NCBI GenBank assembly: GCA_013178125.1
Contig: JABLXJ010000006.1
Location: 156,631-220,630 of the forward strand
Length of the DNA: 64,000 nt
Reading direction: 5' to 3'
From: Bacillota bacterium
Lineage (GTDB): Bacteria; Bacillota; SHA-98; Ch115; JABLXJ01
Under the pieces are notes generated by a model. The model made no database searches and was not told the origin of the DNA. It worked only from the letters and a program-made list of their open reading frames with translations. This document shows, piece after piece, positions 1 to 9,600 of this stretch. Within the stretch, counting starts at the first letter, position 1, and every line of letters starts with the position of its first letter. The position numbers and the translations under genes were made by a program.

Positions 1-3000
1 GAAGCCGGGCCCTGAGTTCCCCTGGGTCTCCCCCGCCTTTCATACCCGTCTTCCTACCTGAGGCGAGGGCTGCAAGACAGCGTGAGAGGTGGAATTCGTC
101 CCCGGGGTTCACAATGCATTTCAGAAAGGCCAGGGCTGCGCGAACGCCTCTATCCTCGAGGAAGCTCTCGCGCCCCACGATGCGATATGGGATGCCCTCC
201 TTCAGGAAGCATTCCTCCAGGACCTCGCCCTGGCGCCCCGTGCGGAAGAGGACGGCGATATCCGAGAAACTCCTGCTCACATCGCCCGCGCCCGCACCTG
301 GTCCCGCATTGCCCGAATCTGGAAGCCCGGCAGCCAGCCTCTCTGGCCCGGCTTCGTCCCGGAATTCGCCCCGGGCTTCGCCCTGCCGGCCACCGCCCTG
401 GCCGTGGGCCTGGAGCATGGTCGCGCCCCCGACCATACGCCCTATCTCCCTTACAATTGCAATCCCCTCGGCGATCTCCCCCGGGACTTCGATGTGGCGT
501 ATCCTGGGACCGTCGCCTCTGGCGGATTCGAGCTCGAACCCTGCGCAATCCCGGTTATGGGCTATGACCGCCGAGGCGGCCCGGAGGATCTGGGATGTCG
601 AACGGTAGTTCACTCTGAGCCTGTAAACGCTGGAACCGGGGAAATCCTCCTTGAGCCTGTCGAAAAACCTGTGATCTGACCCTCGGAACCCGTAGATCGC
701 CTGGTCCGGGTCTCCGATTACGAAGAGCCGGGTGCCGTCGCCCGCCCAGAGCTTCACGAGTTCATATTGAATGGGGTTTACATCCTGGAATTCGTCGACC
801 AGGAGGTGTGTGAAGCGGTCGAGCCACCCCTCCGGCAGGCTGGCTCCCGCCAGGCCGGTCTCCCGCCCGCCTTGCCGCAGCAGGCGCACGGCCTCGAGGA
901 GTATGTCGTCATAATCGAGGGCCATGTATCGGGCCAGCCTTTCCTGGTAAGCCTGATAGACTTGGGATATCTCCCCGCCCGGGGCGAGGGCCGCAGCATC
1001 GGATGGCCCGATGCCCCGGCCCTTCAGGAGCGAGATATATCTCTGAGCCTCCCTCGCGTTGATGCGCCTCCCGGTCCCGTACTCCCTCAGGGTCTCCTCG
1101 ATGACTGCCCGGGAATCGAATTCATCGAGGATAACCAGGGGTCCGGTGCGGCCCGTTGAAGCCTTGAGCATGTCCAGGCAGATACTGTGAAATGTCCCTA
1201 TGGTAATAGCTTCCAGACCGTCCATGCTATTGCCCGGGCCGACGCCATCAATTCTGTGGCCGTTATTAATATTAATACTGTTGACGATGTCCCTGACACG
1301 CGTCCGCATCTCGCCGGCGGCCTTATTGGTGAATGTGACGGCCGTGATCTGCCCGGGGTCCACGCCGCGTTCCTTGATCAGATAGACAATGCGGTGGGCA
1401 AGGGTGCGGGTCTTGCCGGTGCCTGGGCCGGCGATCACAATGATGGGGCCGGATCCTGCCGTGACTACCTCGCGCTGGTCACGGTTGAGCCCGGCAGCCG
1501 CACCCACCAAGGCTTCGTGGGAAGGGGCGGGTGCCGTGGTCGGGGCTGGTGCATGAGCCGCAATCCTGGCTGAAGCATCCAGGGTTGCGGCTGCATCGAC
1601 TGCATCGGTTGCACCGGCCGTGGCGGGCGCATCGGCTATAGCACTTGCCCTGGTTGCAGCGATTGCAGGGGCCGCTGAAGCGGTAGTGGCGGCAGGCTCG
1701 GCAAGGAAGCCCGATTCAGCTAAAAACGAACCAGAAGGCGAGCTCGATGGCAGGAAACCGAACAGGCTGCCCTGCCCCTGCAGGCGCCGCCTATCCTCCT
1801 CGCGCATTATCACGATGCTGCCGTACTCGCCGTCGAACCCGGGCTTGATCTCGACCTCGCCCGCCCTGACCCTCCGGATCGCCTCGGCTACGGCCGGGCC
1901 GGCTATGGACCTTACATCCTCGATAGAGGACTCCCTCAGGACCGTAAGCTCGGGGCCGAGGGCTCGTATGAGCGCCAGGTATTGCTCGCGCACCTGCTTC
2001 GAGGACTCGCCGACGCCGATGGCCGAGGCGATAACCTGCCCGAGGGGCACCAGGCTCTCGAAGTGCCGCGCAGCCGGGGGGGGCGCCCCCTCGGGCCTGT
2101 CGGCGAGCTCCTCGACCCTGTGAAGGACCCCAACCGTGACCCCCCGGCCGCACGCGGGGCAGATCCCACCCGCCGCCCGGGTCTGGGATGGCTTCCACCG
2201 GACCCCGCACCCCCTGTGCCCATCATAGTGGTATTTCCCCTCCTCGGGGAAGAATTCCAGGGTCCCGATGAACCGCGCGGGATCGCGATCTCGGAGGGCC
2301 TCGCGTATGGCGTCGAAGGATAACCCGGTATCGAAGATATTCGCCTCGCGGGCGAGGTTGGCCGGGGAATGGGCATCAGAATTGGAAACCAGCGCGAAGC
2401 GGTCGAGCGCCGAGAAACGCCAGTTCATCGGCGGGTCCGATGAAAGGCCGGTCTCCACGGCATAGATGTGTCCGGTGAGGTCGTCGAAGCACTCCTCGAT
2501 CGCGTCGAATCCCGAGTTCGCGCCGAAGAGCGAGAAATGGGGGGTCCAGATGTGAGCCGGTATGAATAGAGCCTCTGGGCACGCCTCCAGGGTCATCTCC
2601 AGGAGGATGCGGCTATCGAGCCCCAGGATCGGCCGCCCGTCTGAGTGTATATTGCCCACCTGTTCTAGGCGGCTGCTCAGCGCGTCTGCCGCCTCGAAAC
2701 TTGGGAGGAGGATGAGGTGGTGAATCTTGCGGGTTCTCCCGGCCTTCTTATAGATGGTGCTGATCTCGCCGGCGAGGACGAATCTGACCTGGGCCCCGCC
2801 CAGCCAGGGGATGCCATCGGCGGCCCGGCGGCCGGCAGCATCCAAGAATTCATCCTTCAGCTTGTAAGTCCCGTAGCCATCCGGAGCGGGCTCCAATTTT
2901 TGACGCAGCTCCTCCCGCCACCCGGGGTGGGTGAAATCCCCCGTGCCTACTAGCGTGAGCCCTTTGTATGCCGCCCAGCGGTGGAGTTCCTCAGGGGTGC

Positions 3001-3061
3001 AGTCCCCGCTCGTAGCCCTTGAATAACGCGAGTGGATGTGTAAATCAGCAATAAACCTCAT
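1..3061 (-). CDS. Endonuclease Q-family (PHP) domain fused to UvrD/PcrA-type SF1 helicase; 3' end lies outside the window
   Basis: Not in the ORF track (no stop in window). ATG at 3061 reads MRFIADLHIHSRYSRAT...GTGDFTHP...NSDAHS...GKYHYDGHRGC..CPACG, then in the same frame VIAGPGTGKT (Walker A), VTFTNKAA, LVDEFQD, VIGDPDQAIYGFRG (UvrD motifs). ATGA overlap with the DUF763 stop. Confidence 0.93.
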   Translation of the reverse strand, partial: MRFIADLHIHSRYSRATSGDCTPEELHRWAAYKGLTLVGTGDFTHPGWREELRQKLEPAPDGYGTYKLKDEFLDAAGRRAADGIPWLGGAQVRFVLAGEISTIYKKAGRTRKIHHLILLPSFEAADALSSRLEQVGNIHSDGRPILGLDSRILLEMTLEACPEALFIPAHIWTPHFSLFGANSGFDAIEECFDDLTGHIYAVETGLSSDPPMNWRFSALDRFALVSNSDAHSPANLAREANIFDTGLSFDAIREALRDRDPARFIGTLEFFPEEGKYHYDGHRGCGVRWKPSQTRAAGGICPACGRGVTVGVLHRVEELADRPEGAPPPAARHFESLVPLGQVIASAIGVGESSKQVREQYLALIRALGPELTVLRESSIEDVRSIAGPAVAEAIRRVRAGEVEIKPGFDGEYGSIVIMREEDRRRLQGQGSLFGFLPSSSPSGSFLAESGFLAEPAATTASAAPAIAATRASAIADAPATAGATDAVDAAATLDASARIAAHAPAPTTAPAPSHEALVGAAAGLNRDQREVVTAGSGPIIVIAGPGTGKTRTLAHRIVYLIKERGVDPGQITAVTFTNKAAGEMRTRVRDIVNSININNGHRIDGVGPGNSMDGLEAITIGTFHSICLDMLKASTGRTGPLVILDEFDSRAVIEETLREYGTGRRINAREAQRYISLLKGRGIGPSDAAALAPGGEISQVYQAYQERLARYMALDYDDILLEAVRLLRQGGRETGLAGASLPEGWLDRFTHLLVDEFQDVNPIQYELVKLWAGDGTRLFVIGDPDQAIYGFRGSDHRFFDRLKEDFPGSSVYRLRVNYRSTSQILRAASAVIAHNRDCAGFELESARGDGPRIRHIEVPGEIAEGIAIVREIGRMVGGATMLQAHGQGGGRQGEARGEFRDEAGPERLAAGLPDSGNAGPGAGAGDVSRSFSDIAVLFRTGRQGEVLEECFLKEGIPYRIVGRESFLEDRGVRAALAFLKCIVNPGDEFHLSRCLAALASGRKTGMKGGGDPGELRARL

Positions 3062-4155
3062 GAATTGCTTGATCCCTCCCTGGCCTCGCCCCTCCAGGCC
3101 GCAAGCCGCCTGAGCGCTTTCAACTTATCTGTCTGGCCCAGCCTGGCCCTGCGCAGGGCGTCCTCGAGGACCTGGATGGACCTGTCGTAGCTGGCCCGGT
3201 TAACGGGGAATGGGTGGCCGTCCTTGCCGCCATGTGCGAAGGAATACCTGACAGGGTCCCTGCGGCTCGCCCTGGCGCCATAGGTCACCTCGGCGACCAT
3301 GGCCAGCGCCCTGATAGTGGCCGGGCCGACGCCGGGGGTGGAGAGGAGCGTCTCGAAGTCCTCGGGCTGGCGTTCATACGCCGCCCGTAAGGCCTTCGCG
3401 AGCCTGGCTGTCCCGGGGATGGCGTGTGCGGAGGGGAGGCTCAACACCTTTCCCGCCTCTTCGAGGATCACGCCCGTTTCCACCCTGGCCAAAAGGGTTG
3501 AAGCTTCGCGGGCCTTATCGCTCTCGGCGGCCACCATATTGAGGACCTCGCCGGCGTGGATGCGATCGGACGAGATGCCCGCGTGCGGCTCGCAGACGAA
3601 GCTGAAATCCCCCAAGGTCTGACCGATCCAGTGATAGCGCCTGGCCCAGCCCGTCCTATCGTTCATGCCCTGCTGGACCACGGCCCAGCTGCCGTCCGCC
3701 GTAAAAACAAACAGGTGATGGTATATATCATACCCATCCTGGAGCGCTGCGGAGTCCACCTTGGCGGCCATCCTGCTCGCATACTGCAGATTGACGAGCG
3801 CTGAGGGGAGGCCATGCCTCTCGCACGCATCTGCGATCTCCAGGGGCGTCTTCCGGGAGGTTGCGCCCTTGCCGCCTGCGAAAAAGATGCCGAGATCGCC
3901 CTCGCGGGCGCGCAATCCCTCCTTGAGCGCCCCGCAGACAGTGGTCGTGATGCCGGATGAGTGCCAGTCGAAGCCAAGGACGCACCCGAGCGCCTGGAAC
4001 CACACAGGGTCGGAGAGGCGCTGCAAGACCTCCCGGGGACCGAATTCCTCCACGATAATCTCGATTATCGCGGCCCCCAGCAGCTTCATCCGGGAAAAGA
4101 GCCATGCAGGGCACTTGCCGGAGTGGAGGGGCAGGTTTGCCGTACCGCTTCTCAT
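3058..4155 (-). CDS. DUF763 domain protein
   Basis: N-term A(N/D)LPLHSGKCPAWL, LGFDWHSSGITT, WAVVQQGMN, ARRYHW, HhH-like PGVGPATIRAL, FAHGGKDGHP are typical of DUF763. Confidence 0.88.
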   Translation of the reverse strand: MRSGTANLPLHSGKCPAWLFSRMKLLGAAIIEIIVEEFGPREVLQRLSDPVWFQALGCVLGFDWHSSGITTTVCGALKEGLRAREGDLGIFFAGGKGATSRKTPLEIADACERHGLPSALVNLQYASRMAAKVDSAALQDGYDIYHHLFVFTADGSWAVVQQGMNDRTGWARRYHWIGQTLGDFSFVCEPHAGISSDRIHAGEVLNMVAAESDKAREASTLLARVETGVILEEAGKVLSLPSAHAIPGTARLAKALRAAYERQPEDFETLLSTPGVGPATIRALAMVAEVTYGARASRRDPVRYSFAHGGKDGHPFPVNRASYDRSIQVLEDALRRARLGQTDKLKALRRLAAWRGEAREGSSNS

Positions 4156-4219
4156 GTCGGGTCGCTCCCCCTTTCATCAACGAGCATACCACAAGATGGC
4201 ATGATGGACAATGATCAGC

Positions 4220-5422
4220 CTACTCATACCGCAGGGCCTGGATAGGGTCCAGATTCGCGGCCTTGTAAGCGGGATAAACCCCGAATATGAGGCCAACAAG
4301 CGAGCTCGAGGCAAAGGCTATAGCCACTGCCAGGGGTGACACGCTGGCGGGGATCGGAGAGACGGCAGCAATCAGATGAGCCCCGAGGGCTCCAAGTATT
4401 ATTCCGATAACGCCCCCTGTGAGGCACAACATTATCGCCTCAATGACAAACTGGCGCAGGACGTCCCCCTTCCTGGCCCCGACCGCCTTCCTTATCCCGA
4501 TCTCCCGGGTGCGCTCGGTCACGGTGACCAACATGATATTCATCACGCCTATCCCGCCCACAAGCAGGGAGATGCCCCCTATCCCGCCGAGGATGGCCGT
4601 GAAGATCGCCAGGATCACCCCGGCGGATTCGAGAAAGGACTCGGAGCTCTGGGTGAGAAACTTGTTGTTCTCGCCATAGCGCCGTCGCAAAAAGGCGTTG
4701 ACCTCGTCCACCGCCAGCCTCACCGACTCAACGCCGGTCGCCTGCGCCAGGACGAAAGATATCCTGTCCGACCCCGTGAGCCTCCGCGCGATGCTCGCCG
4801 GGAGGTAAACGTAGGAATCTTCCGTGTCCATGCCACCAAATAGGCCGCTCTGTCCCCTCCGCTTCATAACGCCGATTACGGTGCAGCTGAAGTCATTGAT
4901 CCTGATAGTTTCGCCAATAGGGTCCCTGGACCCGAAGAGCTTATCAGCTATATCCCAGCCGAGGACCGCAACCGTGCGCCTCCCACGGACGTCGGACTCG
5001 GAGAAGAATCTCCCTGCATCCATGCTGAAGCCCTGCATCCAGGCGAATTCATCGTTTACGCAGACCATGGTCGTCGCTTCATCCTCACTCCCATATTTCA
5101 CGGTCCCTCTTGCGTTGATATGAGGGCTCACGTAGCGAAGGTGGGGGCATGAGGTCTTCAAGAGATCGACGTCTTCAAATGATAGATACGGGATATCTCC
5201 CATCCTCACGTCTTCATTGTAGTAGTTCGGCTGGACGAACACCATATTGGAGCCCATCCCCTCGAGCTCCCCGGTTACCTCGAGGCGCGCGCCCTCGCCG
5301 ATCGAGACCATGGTTATGACAGACGCGACGCCGATGACGATGCCGAGCAGGGTGAGCGCCGAACGGAGCTTATTTGCCATGATGCTGGCGAGAGCCAGGC
5401 TGACGTATTCCCTAAATCCCAT
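4220..5422 (-). CDS. MacB/YknZ-like ABC transporter permease
   Basis: NKLRSALTLLGIVIGV, GGIGVMNIMLVTVTERTREIGIRKAVGA, C-term PAYKAANLDPIQALRYE. Confidence 0.93.
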   Translation of the reverse strand: MGFREYVSLALASIMANKLRSALTLLGIVIGVASVITMVSIGEGARLEVTGELEGMGSNMVFVQPNYYNEDVRMGDIPYLSFEDVDLLKTSCPHLRYVSPHINARGTVKYGSEDEATTMVCVNDEFAWMQGFSMDAGRFFSESDVRGRRTVAVLGWDIADKLFGSRDPIGETIRINDFSCTVIGVMKRRGQSGLFGGMDTEDSYVYLPASIARRLTGSDRISFVLAQATGVESVRLAVDEVNAFLRRRYGENNKFLTQSSESFLESAGVILAIFTAILGGIGGISLLVGGIGVMNIMLVTVTERTREIGIRKAVGARKGDVLRQFVIEAIMLCLTGGVIGIILGALGAHLIAAVSPIPASVSPLAVAIAFASSSLVGLIFGVYPAYKAANLDPIQALRYE

Positions 5423-5461
5423 ATCAATCCGTTATCCTCCAAGCGTTCGTCGAAGATGGTC

Positions 5462-7075
5462 TCAGGAGCGTTTCTCCCCTCCACGCGTTCCAGCCACCGC
5501 GCCTGCTGTCTCTACCTTTACGGCATCCCCATCCTTCAGGGTCTTCAGGGCCTGATAGCTCCCGGTGACCACCTCATCACCGGGCTTGATGCCGCTCAGT
5601 ATCTCCGTGTCCGTAGCGGTCTCCATCCCCGTCCCGACCTCGACCTCCCGGGCCTTCCCGTCTCTCACCACAAACACGACCTTGCGGGCCTTTTGAGCGC
5701 CTGCCGCCTGGCTCCGGCTCTCTGGTGACCCTGGCCCTGGTGACCGCCCACCCGACTCCCGGCCTGTCACCTCACGCTCGACAACGGCCTGGCTCGGGAC
5801 GGATACCACCTTCTCCCTATCATACACGACTATCTGGGCATCAGCGGTCATACCCGGGCGCAGGGTCTCATCCCCATTATCCACGGATACCTCCACGGTA
5901 AACTTCGGGACGGACCCATCCAGCGTAGCCTGCGGGGCGATCCTCTCGACCCTCCCCGCGAACTCGCGCGACGGGGCTGCATCGCAGGTGACCCTGACGG
6001 TCTGACCCACCTTCACCTTGCCGATGTCCACCTCATCCACCTTCGCCTTCAAGATGATGCGGTCAAGGTCGAGGATGGTCATGAGTAGGGTGCCTTCCTG
6101 CATAGCCCCTCCCTCTTTCGCGGCGATTCCAGCCACGACCCCTGAAATGCCGGCCTTCACGTCCTTTGCTGCAAGCTGCCTCTCCGCCCTTGCACAGGCG
6201 GCCTCAGCCTGCTGTATCCTCAGCTCGAGAGCCCTCCTGCGCTGCGACTGCGACCTGGCAGCATTAATCGCGAGCTCCAGGCCGATCTCGGCATCCTTGA
6301 CCTCCGAGCGGGCCACGACGAGTTGGGATTCGGTTGGGCCTTCGATAATATCATCATATTGCCTCCTGGCAGACTCATAGCGCGCCCGCGCGATCTTCTC
6401 CTGGGTGGCTGCCTCATTGAATGCGTTCCTGGAGACGGCGCCCGCCTCAAACAGGGATCGCATCTTTGAAAGATTCGCCTCGGCATCGCGCAGCGTTACG
6501 CCGGCCTCATCAAGGGCCGCCTTAGCCTGGGCGACCTTCGCATCCTCGGGCCCGGCCTCGAGCTCCGCCAGGCGCGCCCTCGCCGCCTCGAGCCTCGCCC
6601 GGGCCTGGGCAACCTTTGGGTCGCCGGCAGGATCGCCGTGACCGCCGCGCCCCGCGGCACCGCTCCCGGCGCCCCCAGCGCTTCCAGCTGAGGCATCGAG
6701 CTCGGCAAGGTCAGCCCTTGCCGCCGCCAGAGCCGCCCTGGCTTCATCAAACTGCAGTTTGAGGTCGGATGACTTAAACGCCAAAAGGACCTGGCCCTGT
6801 TCCACCCTGTCCCCGTCCTTGACGTAGAGCCGCTCGACCAGCCCTGAAATCGGGCTCCTGACCTCATATGAGCGGGAGGACTCTATAACGCCCGAGCCAG
6901 GCACCGTGGCCGTAAACCTTCCCTCCCGCGCAACGGCCGTCTCCACGGATTTCCCGGGCGGGCTGAATAACCCCTTTTTCTTCGCAACGACGCCGATCCC
7001 CAGGCTCACCGCGACAATAACCAGGATCGCAACAAGCCCGAACAGCGCTTTCCTCCAGGATACTCTGCGGGACAA
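5462..7075 (-). CDS. Efflux membrane-fusion (HlyD/MacA/YknX-like) adaptor with long coiled coil
   Basis: N-terminal TM, biotinyl-lipoyl-like VKDGDRVEQGQVL, long helical hairpin, LRPGMTA motif; RBS GAGGTG before TTG. Confidence 0.88.
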   Translation of the reverse strand: MSRRVSWRKALFGLVAILVIVAVSLGIGVVAKKKGLFSPPGKSVETAVAREGRFTATVPGSGVIESSRSYEVRSPISGLVERLYVKDGDRVEQGQVLLAFKSSDLKLQFDEARAALAAARADLAELDASAGSAGGAGSGAAGRGGHGDPAGDPKVAQARARLEAARARLAELEAGPEDAKVAQAKAALDEAGVTLRDAEANLSKMRSLFEAGAVSRNAFNEAATQEKIARARYESARRQYDDIIEGPTESQLVVARSEVKDAEIGLELAINAARSQSQRRRALELRIQQAEAACARAERQLAAKDVKAGISGVVAGIAAKEGGAMQEGTLLMTILDLDRIILKAKVDEVDIGKVKVGQTVRVTCDAAPSREFAGRVERIAPQATLDGSVPKFTVEVSVDNGDETLRPGMTADAQIVVYDREKVVSVPSQAVVEREVTGRESGGRSPGPGSPESRSQAAGAQKARKVVFVVRDGKAREVEVGTGMETATDTEILSGIKPGDEVVTGSYQALKTLKDGDAVKVETAGAVAGTRGGEKRS

Positions 7076-7376
7076 TCTACGTCACCTCGCCTTAGCTGGT
7101 GCCTTATATGGCCAAACCCGTAATAGGAATATGATTAGTTGCCTGCAGCGGAATTGTTGCTCCAAAAGCCTAAAATTCTTCTTCCTATCCTGTATATCCT
7201 TCCGGGGCCTATCATAATTTTACGATAGGAGCCAGGCAATTCATGAAGGAAAATAGCTGGTACGCCCGAAGTATTAAGGAAAGAGGCCTAAAAACTGGCT
7301 GCTCCCTGAATAGAGATTGACCTGAATCCGAGATTGGCAAAAGATCGACTTGTATATGGAAGGAGCATGATTTCTT

Positions 7377-8090
7377 ATGGTTTCTGAAATAAATCCGGGG
7401 ACGGGGGGAAATGGCGAGGGGGATAAGCGCCGACCCGGTCCTGTCGAGCGGTTTCTCACCATCATGATCGACCCTGCAGGGACATTCAAGGATATAGTCG
7501 AGCGCCCGGACTTCGCGATCCCTGTTGTCCTGGCGGTCCTCACGGCGCTTCTGGGAATTCCCGTCGCGATGCATTCGGTCAAGAACCTGCCCCCGCAGCC
7601 CGGCGTGCCGCCAGCTCTGATGAGCCCCGCCGTTGCCGGGGGCATCGCGGCCGTATCAGCCCTCGTGATGCTCCTCATCTGGTGGCCGGTGCGGGCGCTC
7701 ATATTCATGGGCCTCGGCGCCGCGCTCGGTTCGCGCGTTGATTTCAAGAAGAGCCTCGCGGTGGCGGGCTATCTCAATTACTCCGCGTTTATCTCGTCGC
7801 TGATCTCGGCCATAACCATGCTCGCCCTGGGATCCCCCGTGATGCCCGGCCTCGGAATGGGGCTATCGCCGGAGCAGCTTGCGACGCCCAGGGGGGTATT
7901 GCTCTCCAATCTGAATATAGGCTCTCTTATCTACATCTATCTGAGCATATTCGGCCTCTCCGAGCTGTGGAGGACGTCCCGTGCACGGGCCCTGGCGGCC
8001 ACCGTGATAATGTGGGCGCTTGTCCTCGCGGCGAGCGCCGGCCTGGCAAAGCTGGGGGAGAGCTTCCGCGGGTTGGTCCCGAGGCAATGA
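7377..8090 (+). CDS. Yip1-family (YknW-like) membrane protein
   Basis: IMIDPAGTFKDIVERP followed by about 5 hydrophobic segments; divergent from the adaptor/permease genes. Confidence 0.75.
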   Translation: MVSEINPGTGGNGEGDKRRPGPVERFLTIMIDPAGTFKDIVERPDFAIPVVLAVLTALLGIPVAMHSVKNLPPQPGVPPALMSPAVAGGIAAVSALVMLLIWWPVRALIFMGLGAALGSRVDFKKSLAVAGYLNYSAFISSLISAITMLALGSPVMPGLGMGLSPEQLATPRGVLLSNLNIGSLIYIYLSIFGLSELWRTSRARALAATVIMWALVLAASAGLAKLGESFRGLVPRQ

Positions 8091-8128
8091 AAATGAAGGT
8101 GGAAAGGTAAAGGTGAAGCGTAAAGCGG

Positions 8129-9391
8129 TTATATAATCTCGATCTTACCATACTCACCATCGAAGCCGGGGGTGATATTGACCTCGCCCGCCCTCACCCG
8201 CCGGACGGCCTCGGCTATCTCCGGGCCGGCGACGCGCGCCAGGTCATCGATGGCGATGTCGCGCAGGATCGAAAGCTCTGGACCGAGCTCCCTGAGCATG
8301 GCGTAGTAGCGTGCCTGGACCTTTTTAGTCGATTCGCCGACCCCCAAGGCGGAGGCGATGACCTCAGATAGGGGTATGAGGCTCTCGAAGTGCCGCGCAG
8401 CCGGGGGCGTCGCCCCCTCGGGCCTGTCGGCGAGCTCCTCGACCCGGTGGAGGACCCCGACCGTGACCCTCCGGCCGCACACGGGGCATATCCCGCCCGC
8501 CGCCCGGGTCTGGGATGGCTTCCACCGGACCCCGCACCCCCTGTGCCCATCATAGTGGTATTTTCCCTCCTCGGGGAAGAATTCCAGGGTCCCGATGAAC
8601 CCATCCGGATCGCGTCTCCGGAGCGCCTCCCTTATAGCGGTATAGGATAGCTCCGTATCAAAGATGTTGGCCTCGCGGGCCAACTTGCGCGGTGAGTGAG
8701 CATCGGAATTCGATGTGAGGGTAAACCGGTCGAGCGCTGAAAGCCGCCAGTTCATCGGCGGGTCCGATGAAAGGCCGGTCTCAACCGTGCAGATGTATTC
8801 GACCAGGTCCCCGTAACACTCGTCGATCCTGTCAAATCCAGAGTGGGCGCCAAACACCGAGAAATGGGGCGTCCAGATGTGAGCCGGTATGAATAAAGCC
8901 TCCGGGCATATATCAAGGGTCATTTGAAGGAGTTCGCGGCTATCGAGCCCCAGGATCGGCCGGCCGTCGGAGCGGAGGTTCCCGATCCCGTCCAGGCGCC
9001 GGCTCAATTCATCTGCGGCATCGAAGCTAGGCAGGAGTATGAGGTTGTGAATCTTGCGGGTCCTCCCGGCCTTCTTGTATATGGTGCTGATCTCGCCCGA
9101 GAGCATGAATCTGACCTGTACCCCACCCAGCCAGGGGATCCCCTCGGCAGAGGCTTCATCCACGACTGCCCTGCGAAATTCATCCTTGAGCAGGTAGGTT
9201 CCATCGCCGTCCTCGGCGGATTCCAGCTTCTGCCTGAGCTCTTCCCGCCACGCAGGATGGGTGAAATCCCCCGTACCAACGAGGGCGACCCCCTTGTAAG
9301 CCGCCCAGCGGTAGAGCCCCTCAGGCACGCAATCCTTGCTTGTAGCCCGTGAGTAGTGTGAATGAATGTGTAGATCGGCGATGAACCTCAT
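8129..9391 (-). CDS. Stand-alone endonuclease Q-family (PHP + Zn ribbon) protein
   Basis: DLHIHSHYS, GTGDFTHP, PAHIWTP, ETGLSSD, NSDAHS, GKYHYDGHRGC..CPVCG, PGFDGEYG; paralogue of the N-terminus of the fusion at 1-3061. Confidence 0.92.
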   Translation of the reverse strand: MRFIADLHIHSHYSRATSKDCVPEGLYRWAAYKGVALVGTGDFTHPAWREELRQKLESAEDGDGTYLLKDEFRRAVVDEASAEGIPWLGGVQVRFMLSGEISTIYKKAGRTRKIHNLILLPSFDAADELSRRLDGIGNLRSDGRPILGLDSRELLQMTLDICPEALFIPAHIWTPHFSVFGAHSGFDRIDECYGDLVEYICTVETGLSSDPPMNWRLSALDRFTLTSNSDAHSPRKLAREANIFDTELSYTAIREALRRRDPDGFIGTLEFFPEEGKYHYDGHRGCGVRWKPSQTRAAGGICPVCGRRVTVGVLHRVEELADRPEGATPPAARHFESLIPLSEVIASALGVGESTKKVQARYYAMLRELGPELSILRDIAIDDLARVAGPEIAEAVRRVRAGEVNITPGFDGEYGKIEII

Positions 9392-9600
9392 GCGAACAGC
9401 GCGACCTCCATGACGGCGATTATAGTTACAGGTAGTAGTCTGCCCATATGCATCTATTTCATTACGCGACGCGTGACTCCTATGTGGCGTGGCGTGCAGG
9501 GATGGTAGGGTATCATGCAGGGGCGGCGCGCCCTATGGCCGCGTCCGCCGGGCGGAACAGAGGCGCGACGCCCGAGGCAAACCCCACAAGCGGCAAGTGT

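Noticed and set aside
82..2953. Many short ORFs in the track on both strands
   Set aside because: They are antisense or off-frame shadows of the EndoQ-UvrD gene in GC-rich DNA; the same applies to overlapping ORFs throughout the window
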